Source of the DNA: Candidatus Poribacteria bacterium
Lineage (GTDB): Bacteria > Poribacteria > WGA-4E > WGA-3G
Reading direction: 5' to 3'
DNA length: 64,000 bases
Assembly (NCBI GenBank): GCA_964291315.2
Contig: OZ219753.1
Location: 1,120,001 to 1,184,000 of the forward strand
Shown piece after piece: positions 47,396-56,918 of the stretch (positions are counted from its first letter, which is position 1; each line of letters starts with the position of its first letter). The notes below the pieces were generated by a model. That model had not been told where the DNA came from. It was given only the letters and a program-made list of their open reading frames with translations, and did not search any database. The translations under genes were made by a program, and so were the position numbers.

Positions 47396-49192
47396 ATGAA
47401 GACTTCCCAATTTGTGTTTTGGCTGATGCCGCTTTTGGTATTGGGCCTTGTTTGTAGTTCCGCGCTCACAGCAGCACAAAACTATTATCCGACAGAGATC
47501 GGTAATACTTGGACTTTAAACACTGCTGACGGCACCGAGGAACGCCGGTACGCGATCACGGGTACCGAAAATTTTAACGGTGTAGAGGTTCTCGTCCTTA
47601 AGATTGACACTGAGGCGCTCGGTACAGGTGTGATTGTTAGCGATCAATATTTTATTTCGGCTGACGACACAGGACTTACATTGCATCAATCTATCACAGA
47701 TGAAGGGACATTCGGGATCGCCGAGGTTAACTATGAGCCGCCTACCTTCTTTTTTCCGGCATCGCCATCGCTCGGTCAAAAGTGGCAGATTTCTGGGGAA
47801 ACAGAACTCCTCCTAGTAGGTGCCTCCTCCAACACCACGAGTGCAGAAGTAGTCGCGATAGAGTCTGTTGTGACCCCGGCTGGCACATTTGAGAACTGTG
47901 CTAAGATTGAATTAGCCTACAAGATAACTACAGCATTGGTAACCCTACGGCCGGTAGAATACATTTGGCTTGCACCTGAGGTCGGCCCAATCAAATTTCA
48001 GACTGATCAAGAGATTGTTTTTGAATTAGAGAGTTACAACTTAGTCAAACCGACGGCTGCTGGAGAAGTCTCCGGTGGGGAGACGCCTCACGCCGAACAA
48101 GTGCCTGCTGTAGAAGAGGTACCCACAGTCGAAGAACAACCGTCTACTGAGGAAGTGCCACCGGGTGAGGTCACACCTCCGGCTGAAGAGGTTCCTGCCG
48201 ATGAAACGGTGGTCTCTGGTGCTGCTTTCGATTTAACGCTCAATCCGGGTTTGAATATGATTTCTGTTCCATTAATGCCAACAGCCTCATATACCGCGAA
48301 ATCGTTGTCAGAAATGCTTGGTGCAACAGCTGTTATCAAACTTAATGCGGTTAACCAGCATTTCCTGGGCTACACGATTGCTGATAATGACGCCGGTTTT
48401 AGTATCGAGGGGGGTAAAGGTTATATTGTCAACACGCCGACTGGCGGGATGGTAACGTTTATAGGGACGGCATGGGACAACCAACCTGAAACCGTTGCTG
48501 AGGAGACTCCCGCCGGGAAACAAATGGGTGAAGAAGGGACGGATCCCCAAGAAGTTCCTGCTGCTCCTGCTCTCTCCAGATTCAAGAGTGCATGGGCGTT
48601 CATCGTCACGAGCGATATTCAGGGCATGGAGACCGGCACGGGTTACACACTCATCGCTGAGAATCTCCGCACTGGCAGTATCGCAACACAGAACGTCACA
48701 GACGTTATGAGACGATCTACTGCCATCTGGGCAGACCTTAACCGCAATAGCGTCATTGAAGCCGGCGATAGACTCACCATCGCGCTCTACGACGACCGCG
48801 GTCAACTCGTCTCAGGTCCCTTCCAACGCACAATAACCACGGCTGACCTTCGCAACGCATTCCTGAGCTTGGACATGACGGTTGGGGACGTGCGTCCACA
48901 GGAAACCGTTCTGGCACAGAACTTCCCGAATCCGTTCAACCCGGAAACGTGGATACCGTATCAGTTGAGTGCCTCGACAGAGGTGTCAATAAAGATCTAT
49001 GATGTCTCGGGTGGTTTGGTTCGGCGTTTAGACTTAGGATGGCAGGCGGTAGGTTCGTATACGAGTCCGTCGCGTGCTGCGTATTGGGATGGTCGGAATG
49101 CGGTAGGTGAGCGTGTAGCGAGTGGTATCTACTTCTACACGTTGCAGACATCGGATTTTGCTGCAACCCGACGGATGGTTATCCTCAAGTAG
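47396..49192 (+). CDS. Secreted QNYYP-domain protein with Glu/Pro linker and C-terminal FlgD-Ig/T9SS-type-A-like domain
   Basis: QNYYPTEIGNTW, TPAGTFENCAKI; LNPGLNMISVPL; QNFPNPFNPETWIPYQL...WDGRN..GE.VASGIYFY. Confidence 0.87.
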   Translation: MKTSQFVFWLMPLLVLGLVCSSALTAAQNYYPTEIGNTWTLNTADGTEERRYAITGTENFNGVEVLVLKIDTEALGTGVIVSDQYFISADDTGLTLHQSITDEGTFGIAEVNYEPPTFFFPASPSLGQKWQISGETELLLVGASSNTTSAEVVAIESVVTPAGTFENCAKIELAYKITTALVTLRPVEYIWLAPEVGPIKFQTDQEIVFELESYNLVKPTAAGEVSGGETPHAEQVPAVEEVPTVEEQPSTEEVPPGEVTPPAEEVPADETVVSGAAFDLTLNPGLNMISVPLMPTASYTAKSLSEMLGATAVIKLNAVNQHFLGYTIADNDAGFSIEGGKGYIVNTPTGGMVTFIGTAWDNQPETVAEETPAGKQMGEEGTDPQEVPAAPALSRFKSAWAFIVTSDIQGMETGTGYTLIAENLRTGSIATQNVTDVMRRSTAIWADLNRNSVIEAGDRLTIALYDDRGQLVSGPFQRTITTADLRNAFLSLDMTVGDVRPQETVLAQNFPNPFNPETWIPYQLSASTEVSIKIYDVSGGLVRRLDLGWQAVGSYTSPSRAAYWDGRNAVGERVASGIYFYTLQTSDFAATRRMVILK

Positions 49193-49311
49193 GAGAGAGA
49201 GCAAAGCTCGTTTGTGCAAACGTCTTGGTGTTTACACCAAGACGTTTTTTTCAGAGCACCGAAGTCCGGCTTTGTAGACTCGTCGCTCTAAAAACAGAAA
49301 GGAAGAAAAAA

Positions 49312-50118
49312 ATGATCAGAAACACGCTACTGCTCATTGGACTGCTCTGTACCTTCGTCAGCACAGCAAGTGCACAAAACTATTATCCTGTTGACGTTGG
49401 AAACATATGGATTTTGGAAAGCCAGGATGGTACTGAAAGAATCACTTATACAATTGGAACAACCGGCGAACGTTTTAACGGAGAACAGGCGCGGATTCTT
49501 GAAATCACAACGGCTGTCTTAGGTACAAACACAGCGGATGTCAGTATCTTCTTTATGCAGGTAGGCGGAGAAGGCATAAAGATTCATAAGTTGGTCACCG
49601 TATTTGGAGATATCTTCGGTACGGCGACTTTAGAATTCTCACCGCCAGCTACTTTATTTCCGGCAAAACTTGGGCTTACAGAAACATGGGAGTTCCAGGG
49701 TGAAACGGAGGTCGATCTAATAGGGGCAACTACAGTTTCTAGTGTGAGCAAAGTTGTAGCGATTGAGGACGTAGATACACCGGCGGGAACCTTCGAGAAC
49801 TGTGTGAAAATTGAGATACGCGCAAAAACTGTTGCAGCGTTAGGAATCGCCCGTTCCACCTCTTACCAGTGGCTTGCTCCGAATCTTGGCCCCGTTAAAT
49901 TTAAAACCGATCAGGATATCGTCTTTGAACTAGTCAAGTCCAATCTAATCGCGTCTGCGTTATCTTACGACGTAAACGCGGACGGCGTTGTGAACGTTTT
50001 GGACCTCACCCTTGTGGCTGCCAGCTTCGGTCAGACGGATCCGAAGGCTGATGTAAACGCAGACGGCACTGTCAATATTCTGGATCTGACGCTCGTTGCC
50101 CAGAATTTTGGGGGTTAA
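49312..50118 (+). CDS. Secreted QNYYP-domain protein with C-terminal dockerin-type repeats
   Basis: Start MIRNTLL; QNYYPVDVGNIW; two DVNADG.VN.LDL repeats. Confidence 0.85.
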   Translation: MIRNTLLLIGLLCTFVSTASAQNYYPVDVGNIWILESQDGTERITYTIGTTGERFNGEQARILEITTAVLGTNTADVSIFFMQVGGEGIKIHKLVTVFGDIFGTATLEFSPPATLFPAKLGLTETWEFQGETEVDLIGATTVSSVSKVVAIEDVDTPAGTFENCVKIEIRAKTVAALGIARSTSYQWLAPNLGPVKFKTDQDIVFELVKSNLIASALSYDVNADGVVNVLDLTLVAASFGQTDPKADVNADGTVNILDLTLVAQNFGG

Positions 50119-50137
50119 GCTTGTAAGGAAGGGCTCT

Positions 50138-50361
50138 ATGAGAGGCATTTTTGCTTTGATTTCTGTATCGGCATTAATGGCGGGCGGTATGCGGGGCCCG
50201 ACCGTCTTTGCCAGTCCCGTAACAGGGAAATTCCGTTTACTCCATCCGTGACGGCAACCCGGAACCTATAATTTGTATAATAACTTTCTCATAGATTATG
50301 CGACAGTCCAAGTAGTAAGCTCACGACGCGTTGGGGAGAGCTGAAACCGTCTGATAAATAG
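50138..50361 (+). pseudogene. Collapsed remnant of a secreted TolB/PD40-like protein with KLTTRWGELK tail
   Basis: Signal-peptide-like MRGIFALISVSALMA, frameshifted SIRDGNPE, then SSKLTTRWGELKPSDK* in a frame with no start. Confidence 0.55.
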
Positions 50362-50398
50362 TAGACGCTACAGTCTAGCAAGTTAGGGGACGGACGCC

Positions 50399-50482
50399 CA
50401 GACTGACAGTCTATGCTACAAGGCACTGCGCGGACTGACAGTCTATGCTACTCCTACTGTGCAACCTAACAGGTTATGCTAC
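50399..50482 (-). repeat. Three tandem GTAG-type REP-like 21-mers
   Basis: cagactgacagtctatgctac, cggactgacagtctatgctac, caacctaacaggttatgctac at 31-32 nt period; each has a 5-bp palindrome. Confidence 0.8.
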
Positions 50483-50614
50483 AAAGGAGCCTACCCACTC
50501 TTTTTCTAAAACGGCGTGTGGGCTCGCTGAGAAACTTGAGGATGCGAACCTGAAAGCTAAAATTGACGAGGCTCTTGATGGCCTGGTTAGATGAACAGTT
50601 GATACAGTATCTGT

Positions 50615-52183
50615 TTAAAGCGAATATTGTCGCATTTCAGCAACACCAAGGGTTATTGTGTTCCATGCGGTGGGTTCATTGGTTCGTAGTCGCCACAAGA
50701 GCGTGAGAGGTGAATCACCACCGTTGTAGAAAGTTACTTCTGTGTGTTTTTCTGAACTGAGCAGAGGTCGCACTAGAGAGAGAAGAGACGATGGGTGATT
50801 CTGTTTGTCTCCGTGGCGGAGTTCCAGAAGTTGTGTTACCTTGCTTTGAACCTCGCGCGTTCCCAAAAGTAGGGGGCCGTAGCATGCAGTGACGGCACCT
50901 TGCCCCCAATTCCGGCCGTGTCCGGCTGCAATTGAACACACAGCACCGCCCATGTCTGCATGTTCGCGTCCGCCGCGTAACACCCGTCTTGCTATGTGTA
51001 GGCGCGTTGCGGCACTACGCAATGCCCGCATCGCGTAGGTAATCTCTCCTGTTACCTGATACGCCAATGTCAATGTAGCTGTTGAGGGTTCCCGGATGGG
51101 TTTTACGGAGCCGTCATCTGACCATTCCCCCCAGTACGCCATATCTGCTCGTTTTCCAACTCCGGGTTCTCGGCGGCGTATCTCTTGGGGGAAAATTAAC
51201 GCTAGCAGTTCAGGCGGTTTATCAGGAAGTTCCACTAATCCGGCACGGATTTCGTCGTCAAAACCGATGTCATGGAATGTCCAACGATAATAACTGAGTG
51301 CTGCCGCTGCTGGATCGTTATACGGGTCACACAACGATGTCACTAACGGTTCAACAATCCGTTTTGCTGCTGTTTTGAAGATGTCCTCGCCAGACAGCAG
51401 ATAGAGATCCCCCAAGGCATAAACAGCGCCAGAAGCCAGCAAAACCTCAATTCCAGCCAGCGGGTCACCCGGAACATGATGTGTACTAGCGACGAGTCTA
51501 TGCAAATTTTTTGTATGGACGGCGGTTTCATCAAGGCCTTCTCCGTTGAGTGTCCAGAGGAGCGGTATCGGGTCGGTGGCGGCAATCAGTCGTTCAGCTC
51601 GTTTTCTGCCGTATCGCAGCGCCCATGTCAGATAGCGTTTTTCGCCGGTCACCCGGTATGCGGCAATGGCGATGTGGATAAATCGAAAATGCTCCGCCAT
51701 TTCATAAGCGTTTTTTTCATCGTTTGCCACGAAGTGGCTCCCGATGTTGTAGCCGATGAATGTATCCTTTGTATAATCGTACCAGGGCGGGACTTCTGGT
51801 GCCCAATTCCCGATGTGTTCGGCAGCGTCTGTCAAGAGATGAATGGCTTCGGTATCTTCGGGTTTCAATCCGATGTAACGTGGCAGGAAAAACAGGAAAG
51901 GTTCGGGACCATGATGTGCTTCGGCTTTCGGTTCGTAGCCGTGGATGCAATAACGTTCCACCCATCCTTGCAGTGCCTCTTTCAGTGTATGGAAGTGCTG
52001 CAGAATAGTTGTATCGCCGGTGATTAGATAATGCGGAAACCATGCAAGGGCGTAGTTGGCCTCATCCTCACCGCCATCGTTGGGTCCCGGCGGATCAAGT
52101 AGCGTGCTCTGTTTGAGCCAGCGGCTCATTTCTGTCCTGAGCATGCTATAGGCGTCATAACATTCGTGAATAAGGCTGTTCAT
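50615..52183 (-). CDS. Hypothetical protein, possibly (alpha/alpha)6-barrel carbohydrate-active fold
   Basis: 522-aa ORF with GGAGAGG SD; AYRVTGEKRYL, LY..SGE..F and AYQVTGE..Y helical-hairpin repeats. Confidence 0.65.
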   Translation of the reverse strand: MNSLIHECYDAYSMLRTEMSRWLKQSTLLDPPGPNDGGEDEANYALAWFPHYLITGDTTILQHFHTLKEALQGWVERYCIHGYEPKAEAHHGPEPFLFFLPRYIGLKPEDTEAIHLLTDAAEHIGNWAPEVPPWYDYTKDTFIGYNIGSHFVANDEKNAYEMAEHFRFIHIAIAAYRVTGEKRYLTWALRYGRKRAERLIAATDPIPLLWTLNGEGLDETAVHTKNLHRLVASTHHVPGDPLAGIEVLLASGAVYALGDLYLLSGEDIFKTAAKRIVEPLVTSLCDPYNDPAAAALSYYRWTFHDIGFDDEIRAGLVELPDKPPELLALIFPQEIRRREPGVGKRADMAYWGEWSDDGSVKPIREPSTATLTLAYQVTGEITYAMRALRSAATRLHIARRVLRGGREHADMGGAVCSIAAGHGRNWGQGAVTACYGPLLLGTREVQSKVTQLLELRHGDKQNHPSSLLSLVRPLLSSEKHTEVTFYNGGDSPLTLLWRLRTNEPTAWNTITLGVAEMRQYSL

Positions 52184-52191
52184 GTCCTCTC

Positions 52192-53001
52192 CTACAAGAG
52201 CGATTTGAGGAACTCGATACTCTTTTTTGCGATGGTCGGCGGGTCTGGTTTGAAATCGAAAACTTCTGTTGAGACATAACCGCTATAGTTGATTTCTTTC
52301 AATGCTTCGATGATTGGTGGATAGTCCACATTGCCGGAACCTGGTAGGTAACCGTTGTCGTCGTTAGAGTGGAAGTGTGCGAGGTGCGTGGCGCAGTTAC
52401 GGATCTGCATGGGCATATCCAAACCTTCTTTGGCAGTGCTACAAACGTCTAGGATCATTTGGAAGTTAGGGTGATTCACAGCGTTTACCATTTCAACGGC
52501 ATTCTCGGGGTTCGTGATAAAATTTGTTTGGTCGCTTGACAATGGTTCCATACACAATATCACGTCCCTTTCACCGGCGATCAGTGCTCCTTGTGAAAAT
52601 GTATCTTGTGCGTAGCCCCATGCCTCGTCAAAAGAGAGCGGGTCGATTACGTTCCGTTGTTGTGGTGAGCCGATTACCATGACGCGTCCGCCTAAATCTG
52701 CACATAAGTGAATGAGCGCGAGAAAATAGTCGCGGGTTTCCTGACGGATTTCTGCCTCTGGGTGATTGATGTAAAGACCGGGCGGCGAGACAAGCAGCCA
52801 ATGGAGCCCGGCGATCTCTATTTTCGCCTTGTCGGCGGCTTTGCGGATGCGCGAACGTTCAGCGTCGCTGATGTCGGACACTGAGTCTGCTATCGTAAAG
52901 GGGGCGATCTCAACAGCCTCGTATCCCAATTCGGCGGCATAGGTGAAAACATCCTCTATTTTCCAATTTTCAAACATCTCGTTGCATATTGCTAGTTTCA
53001 T
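52192..53001 (-). CDS. Sugar phosphate isomerase/epimerase (AP endonuclease 2 TIM barrel)
   Basis: MKLAICNE, GYEAVEIAP, MEPL, HFHSND, PGSG, YSGYVSTEVF. Confidence 0.9.
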   Translation of the reverse strand: MKLAICNEMFENWKIEDVFTYAAELGYEAVEIAPFTIADSVSDISDAERSRIRKAADKAKIEIAGLHWLLVSPPGLYINHPEAEIRQETRDYFLALIHLCADLGGRVMVIGSPQQRNVIDPLSFDEAWGYAQDTFSQGALIAGERDVILCMEPLSSDQTNFITNPENAVEMVNAVNHPNFQMILDVCSTAKEGLDMPMQIRNCATHLAHFHSNDDNGYLPGSGNVDYPPIIEALKEINYSGYVSTEVFDFKPDPPTIAKKSIEFLKSLL

Positions 53002-53240
53002 TTTGTTCCTCGTATTCATTTTTTCATTTATTTTATAAGGCTTTCTGTTTTTTGTCAAATTTTCACGCTCTAGCGCTATTCTTCCATTTTCTTATAGGGG
53101 CGGTATCGGTGCAAACTTCGTCAGCAGTAACGTATAGCGGATGAGGGCAGAAAATCATTTCGCAAACAGAAGGCGAACATGATATAATTATTTGCAACAA
53201 AGAGATTATACTATTTTTCGGCACCTAAGCGGGGGAAAAG

Positions 53241-54587
53241 ATGCATACCATTTTAGATCGTTATCACAAAACTTTTGTAAAAGACAAAGAGATGTCCGAT
53301 GCAGCAAATCAACTGTTTCCGGATGGCGTAACACACGATGGACGTTACATGTCCCCCTTTCCGATCTATATCACTGGTGCCCAAGGCTCGAAAAAATGGG
53401 GACTTACTGGTAAAGCGTTCGTCGATTATTGGGCGGGTCATGGTGCCCTCCTTCTCGGTCACAATCCGCGAGAGATCGTAGAAGCGGTGACAACACAGAT
53501 GCATCAAGGCACACACTACGGTGCTTGCCATCCGCTGGAATTGGAATGGGGTTCACTTGTGACGCAACTGGTTCCGTCGGCGGAGCGTGTTCGCTTTGTT
53601 AGTTCTGGTACGGAGGCGACGCTGATGGCGATCCGTCTTGCACGTACCTACACTGGAAAAAATAGAGTCTTAAAATTCGCTGGGCATTTCCACGGTTGGC
53701 ACGATAGTCTGATCTTAGGGGCGTATCCACCTTTTGATATGAGCGTTCCTGGTATTCCTAAGGGCGTGCGAGACACAACACTTTTATGCCCGCCAAACGA
53801 CCTGGATGCTGTCGAAACGTGGCTGAAAAAGGACAGAGACATCGCGTGTGTCATACTTGAACCGACGGGTGCCTCCTTTGGTGTTGTCCCGACCAATGGT
53901 ATATTTCTAAAGCAGCTTCGCGAGTTAACGGAAGCATACGGTGTCCTTCTGATTTTCGACGAAGTCATCACCGGTTTCCGCGTCGCGCCAGGTGGGGCGC
54001 AAGCGTATTATAACGTCACGCCTGATTTGACAACACTTGCGAAAATTGTAGCGGGTGGACTTCCGGGGGGTGCGCTTGTCGGTAAGAGGGAAATTCTTGA
54101 TCTGATTGCTATGAAGTCAGAGGCTGATGGTTTGAAAATGCCTCATCCTGGCACTTTTAACGCGAATCCGCTTTCCGCCTCTGCTGGCATTGCGATGCTC
54201 AATTTAGTTAAAACAGGTGATCCGAACAATCGTGCGAACGACACGGCGGCGCGGCTCCGCGCTGAACTGAACGCAGTTATAGACAGTTACAAGCTTGACT
54301 GGGTCGTTTATGGTGAATTTTCGGGGCTGAAGCTGCTTGTCGGGCACGGTGAAAAAGAGATGCGTACCTCCGACTTCGATCCGTATGCATGGGACTATCG
54401 GAAGTTGAAGGGCAGTGGTCATACGGATATGTTGACGCGTCTCCGATGTGGCTTGTTGCTCAACGGTGTTGATTTTCCTATTAATGGTGGGATGACAACC
54501 GCGGCCCATACAGCGGAAGACGTTACGGAAACGGTGGCAGCATTTGCGCGTACTCTTGAATGGTTGAAGGTAGAGGACGCGTTTTAA
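53241..54587 (+). CDS. Class III aminotransferase, glutamate-1-semialdehyde aminomutase-like
   Basis: RFVSSGTEAT, GHFHGW, LIFDEVITGFR, AKIVAGGLPGG, GTFNANP. Confidence 0.9.
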   Translation: MHTILDRYHKTFVKDKEMSDAANQLFPDGVTHDGRYMSPFPIYITGAQGSKKWGLTGKAFVDYWAGHGALLLGHNPREIVEAVTTQMHQGTHYGACHPLELEWGSLVTQLVPSAERVRFVSSGTEATLMAIRLARTYTGKNRVLKFAGHFHGWHDSLILGAYPPFDMSVPGIPKGVRDTTLLCPPNDLDAVETWLKKDRDIACVILEPTGASFGVVPTNGIFLKQLRELTEAYGVLLIFDEVITGFRVAPGGAQAYYNVTPDLTTLAKIVAGGLPGGALVGKREILDLIAMKSEADGLKMPHPGTFNANPLSASAGIAMLNLVKTGDPNNRANDTAARLRAELNAVIDSYKLDWVVYGEFSGLKLLVGHGEKEMRTSDFDPYAWDYRKLKGSGHTDMLTRLRCGLLLNGVDFPINGGMTTAAHTAEDVTETVAAFARTLEWLKVEDAF

Positions 54588-54603
54588 CAGAAAGGGATAC
54601 TGA

Positions 54604-55587
54604 ATGAAAACGATTACGTATCGCGATGCCCTCAAAGAAGCGTTGGCAGAGGAGATGCAGCGCGATGACACCGTGTTTATAATGGGTGAGGATATTGCTG
54701 AATACGGTGGTGCTTATAAAGTAACGGATGGACTTTTCCGGGAATTTGGGAAGGAGCGTGTCCGAAACACTCCTATTTCGGAGGCGGCTATCATCGGGAC
54801 GGCTCTGGGTGCAGCGGTTACAGGGATGCGGCCTGTTGCTGAGCTGATGTATATCGACTTCACGGCAGTGGGTATGGACCAAATCGTGAACCAAGTTGCA
54901 AAGATCCGCTATATGGTAGGTGGCCAACTCAATGTGCCCCTTGTCATCCGGACGCAAGGCGGTGCTGGTCGCTCCTCTGCTGCGCAGCATGCCCAGAGTC
55001 TGGAGGCGTGGTTTGTGCATATTCCGGGGTTACTCGTTATTATGCCTTCGACGCCCTATGATGCGAAAGGGCTCCTGAAGACGGCAATCCGGGATGACAA
55101 CCCGATCATGTTTATTGAGCACAAACTTCTGTATACTGAAGAAGGGGAGATTCCGGATGAAGAATACACAATTCCGTTGGGAGTTGCCGACATCAAGCGC
55201 GAGGGTAAGGATATAACGATTCTCGCGACCTCACGGATGGTCTTGCATGCGCTCGCCGCCGCGGATACACTTGCTGATGAGGGTATATCTGCTGAAATCA
55301 TTGATCCGAGAACACTGATGCCGCTCGATAAAGCGTGTATCCTCGACTCTGTCCGGAAAACGAATAGGCTGCTGATTGCCCATGAAGCGGTGGGTAGAGC
55401 GGGTTTCGGTGCAGAAATTGCCGCGCTCGTTGTGCGGGAAGCTTTTGATTATCTAGATGCCCCGATTGAGCGTGTAGCTGCGGAGCCAGTACCTGTTCCC
55501 TTCGCTCCGGTGATGGAGGATTTTGTTATTCCGGATGCCGATCAAATTTCTGATGCGGCCCGGAAGCTCGTCCGTTATGAAATCTAG
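54604..55587 (+). CDS. 2-oxoacid/acetoin dehydrogenase E1 beta subunit
   Basis: MGEDI..YGG, NTPISE, GMRPVAE, AAQHAQSLE, TPYDAKGLL. Confidence 0.93.
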   Translation: MKTITYRDALKEALAEEMQRDDTVFIMGEDIAEYGGAYKVTDGLFREFGKERVRNTPISEAAIIGTALGAAVTGMRPVAELMYIDFTAVGMDQIVNQVAKIRYMVGGQLNVPLVIRTQGGAGRSSAAQHAQSLEAWFVHIPGLLVIMPSTPYDAKGLLKTAIRDDNPIMFIEHKLLYTEEGEIPDEEYTIPLGVADIKREGKDITILATSRMVLHALAAADTLADEGISAEIIDPRTLMPLDKACILDSVRKTNRLLIAHEAVGRAGFGAEIAALVVREAFDYLDAPIERVAAEPVPVPFAPVMEDFVIPDADQISDAARKLVRYEI

Positions 55588-55658
55588 CCAATAAATTGTC
55601 CTGCCAAGACAGTGGTTCCGGGGTCCGTTGGCGATAGGGCATGGAATTTCTCCGAGAT

Positions 55659-56909
55659 CTACTCTGCTTCTGGCTTGTGCAGTTTCCGGTACATACGTGC
55701 CAAGTTGAAAGCTAGCGGTGCCCAGACGGTCGCCATCACTGTAGCCGTGATTGAGAAGGCGGCTCCCGGTATTGTCTTCACAGCTAGTTTCACTAATTCG
55801 ATAAGTGCAGCACTGCCACCTTTTGAGAAGCGATATCCGAAGGAGTCAATAATCTGTTTCACACGGTACCGAGAATCATAAGATAGCGGCATATAAAACA
55901 GTTCTTTGCCTGCCCGAAAAATCGAGTAATCTAGGGCTTTAAAAAGCGTATATGCTGCTGTTCCGGTCCGAAGTGAGGGTGATGCCGTTAGAGCGCAGCT
56001 GCTGACGAAGTGAACTATCGGAATACTGAGGTGAATGTACGGGAGGGCGACAAACCTGAGTGCGAGCGGTACAAGCAGCAGTTGCAAAACACCTGATGCC
56101 AACCCGAGATTCCCGTAGACGCCGCCGAAAAATGCGGTCCGCATATCTTTGTCAGATATTTCCGATTCAGCTAATCCGTTGAACCGGAGATCCAGTACAG
56201 TAGAGACCAGTTGTGTAGTTAATATGAGTAGCCCGATAAGAACCAAGTATCTGGAACGAAAGAGTGTTTTTACGCCGATATGCCCGAGTTGTCCTCCTGC
56301 CTCCTTTACGGTTGGTTTAGGCTCGCCCCCGAGCTTGTAAGCGGCAACACCGAGTATGGCTGTTGGGACGAGGGATGCTGCTGTGAACAACAGTAAGACT
56401 TCAGAACCTAACTTGGTTGCTAACCTATGTACAGACGTTCCACCGAGAAACGCTCCGATAGATCCAACAGCGCAAAAGGGACCATTAATTCGCTTTGCCT
56501 GCTCGGTTGTCAGTACACTGTTCACAAAGGACCAGAATTGTTCGATAACTATCACGATATATGCTTCACGAAACACGTAGATGATAGCTGCGGCGAAATG
56601 CAGTCCGCGTGCAAGTGCTGCGTAACATCCGAGAATTAAAATACCGGAAAAGAGGGAGGTTATTGCCAATGCCCGCGTGGCACCCTGCCATGAAAGGAGG
56701 CGGCCGTATCCGTACAGCATCACGATCATACTCGGTGGAACTGCTACCATCCCACGTGGCAGATTTTCTGCGCCATACGCTTCAATGAATAGAGAGGAAG
56801 ACACGGAACGGATGAATTCGTAGCCGAATAATACAAAACCTGCGGCTGCACTAATCGAGATAGCAGCAAAGATAAGGTCTCTTCGAAACATAGACTGAAT
56901 TGCCCTCAA
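55659..56909 (-). CDS. Npt1/Npt2 (TLC) family nucleotide-transporter-like MFS protein
   Basis: Many TM helices; YEFIR, QFWSF.N...EQAKR, DYSIFRAGKELFYMPL....RY..K..ID..GYRFSKGG. Confidence 0.78.
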   Translation of the reverse strand: MRAIQSMFRRDLIFAAISISAAAGFVLFGYEFIRSVSSSLFIEAYGAENLPRGMVAVPPSMIVMLYGYGRLLSWQGATRALAITSLFSGILILGCYAALARGLHFAAAIIYVFREAYIVIVIEQFWSFVNSVLTTEQAKRINGPFCAVGSIGAFLGGTSVHRLATKLGSEVLLLFTAASLVPTAILGVAAYKLGGEPKPTVKEAGGQLGHIGVKTLFRSRYLVLIGLLILTTQLVSTVLDLRFNGLAESEISDKDMRTAFFGGVYGNLGLASGVLQLLLVPLALRFVALPYIHLSIPIVHFVSSCALTASPSLRTGTAAYTLFKALDYSIFRAGKELFYMPLSYDSRYRVKQIIDSFGYRFSKGGSAALIELVKLAVKTIPGAAFSITATVMATVWAPLAFNLARMYRKLHKPEAE

Positions 56910-56918
56910 TAAATCTAT

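Noticed and set aside
50399-50482. Mini CRISPR array
   Set aside because: Spacers only 10-11 nt, repeats vary and no cas genes; fits REP elements.
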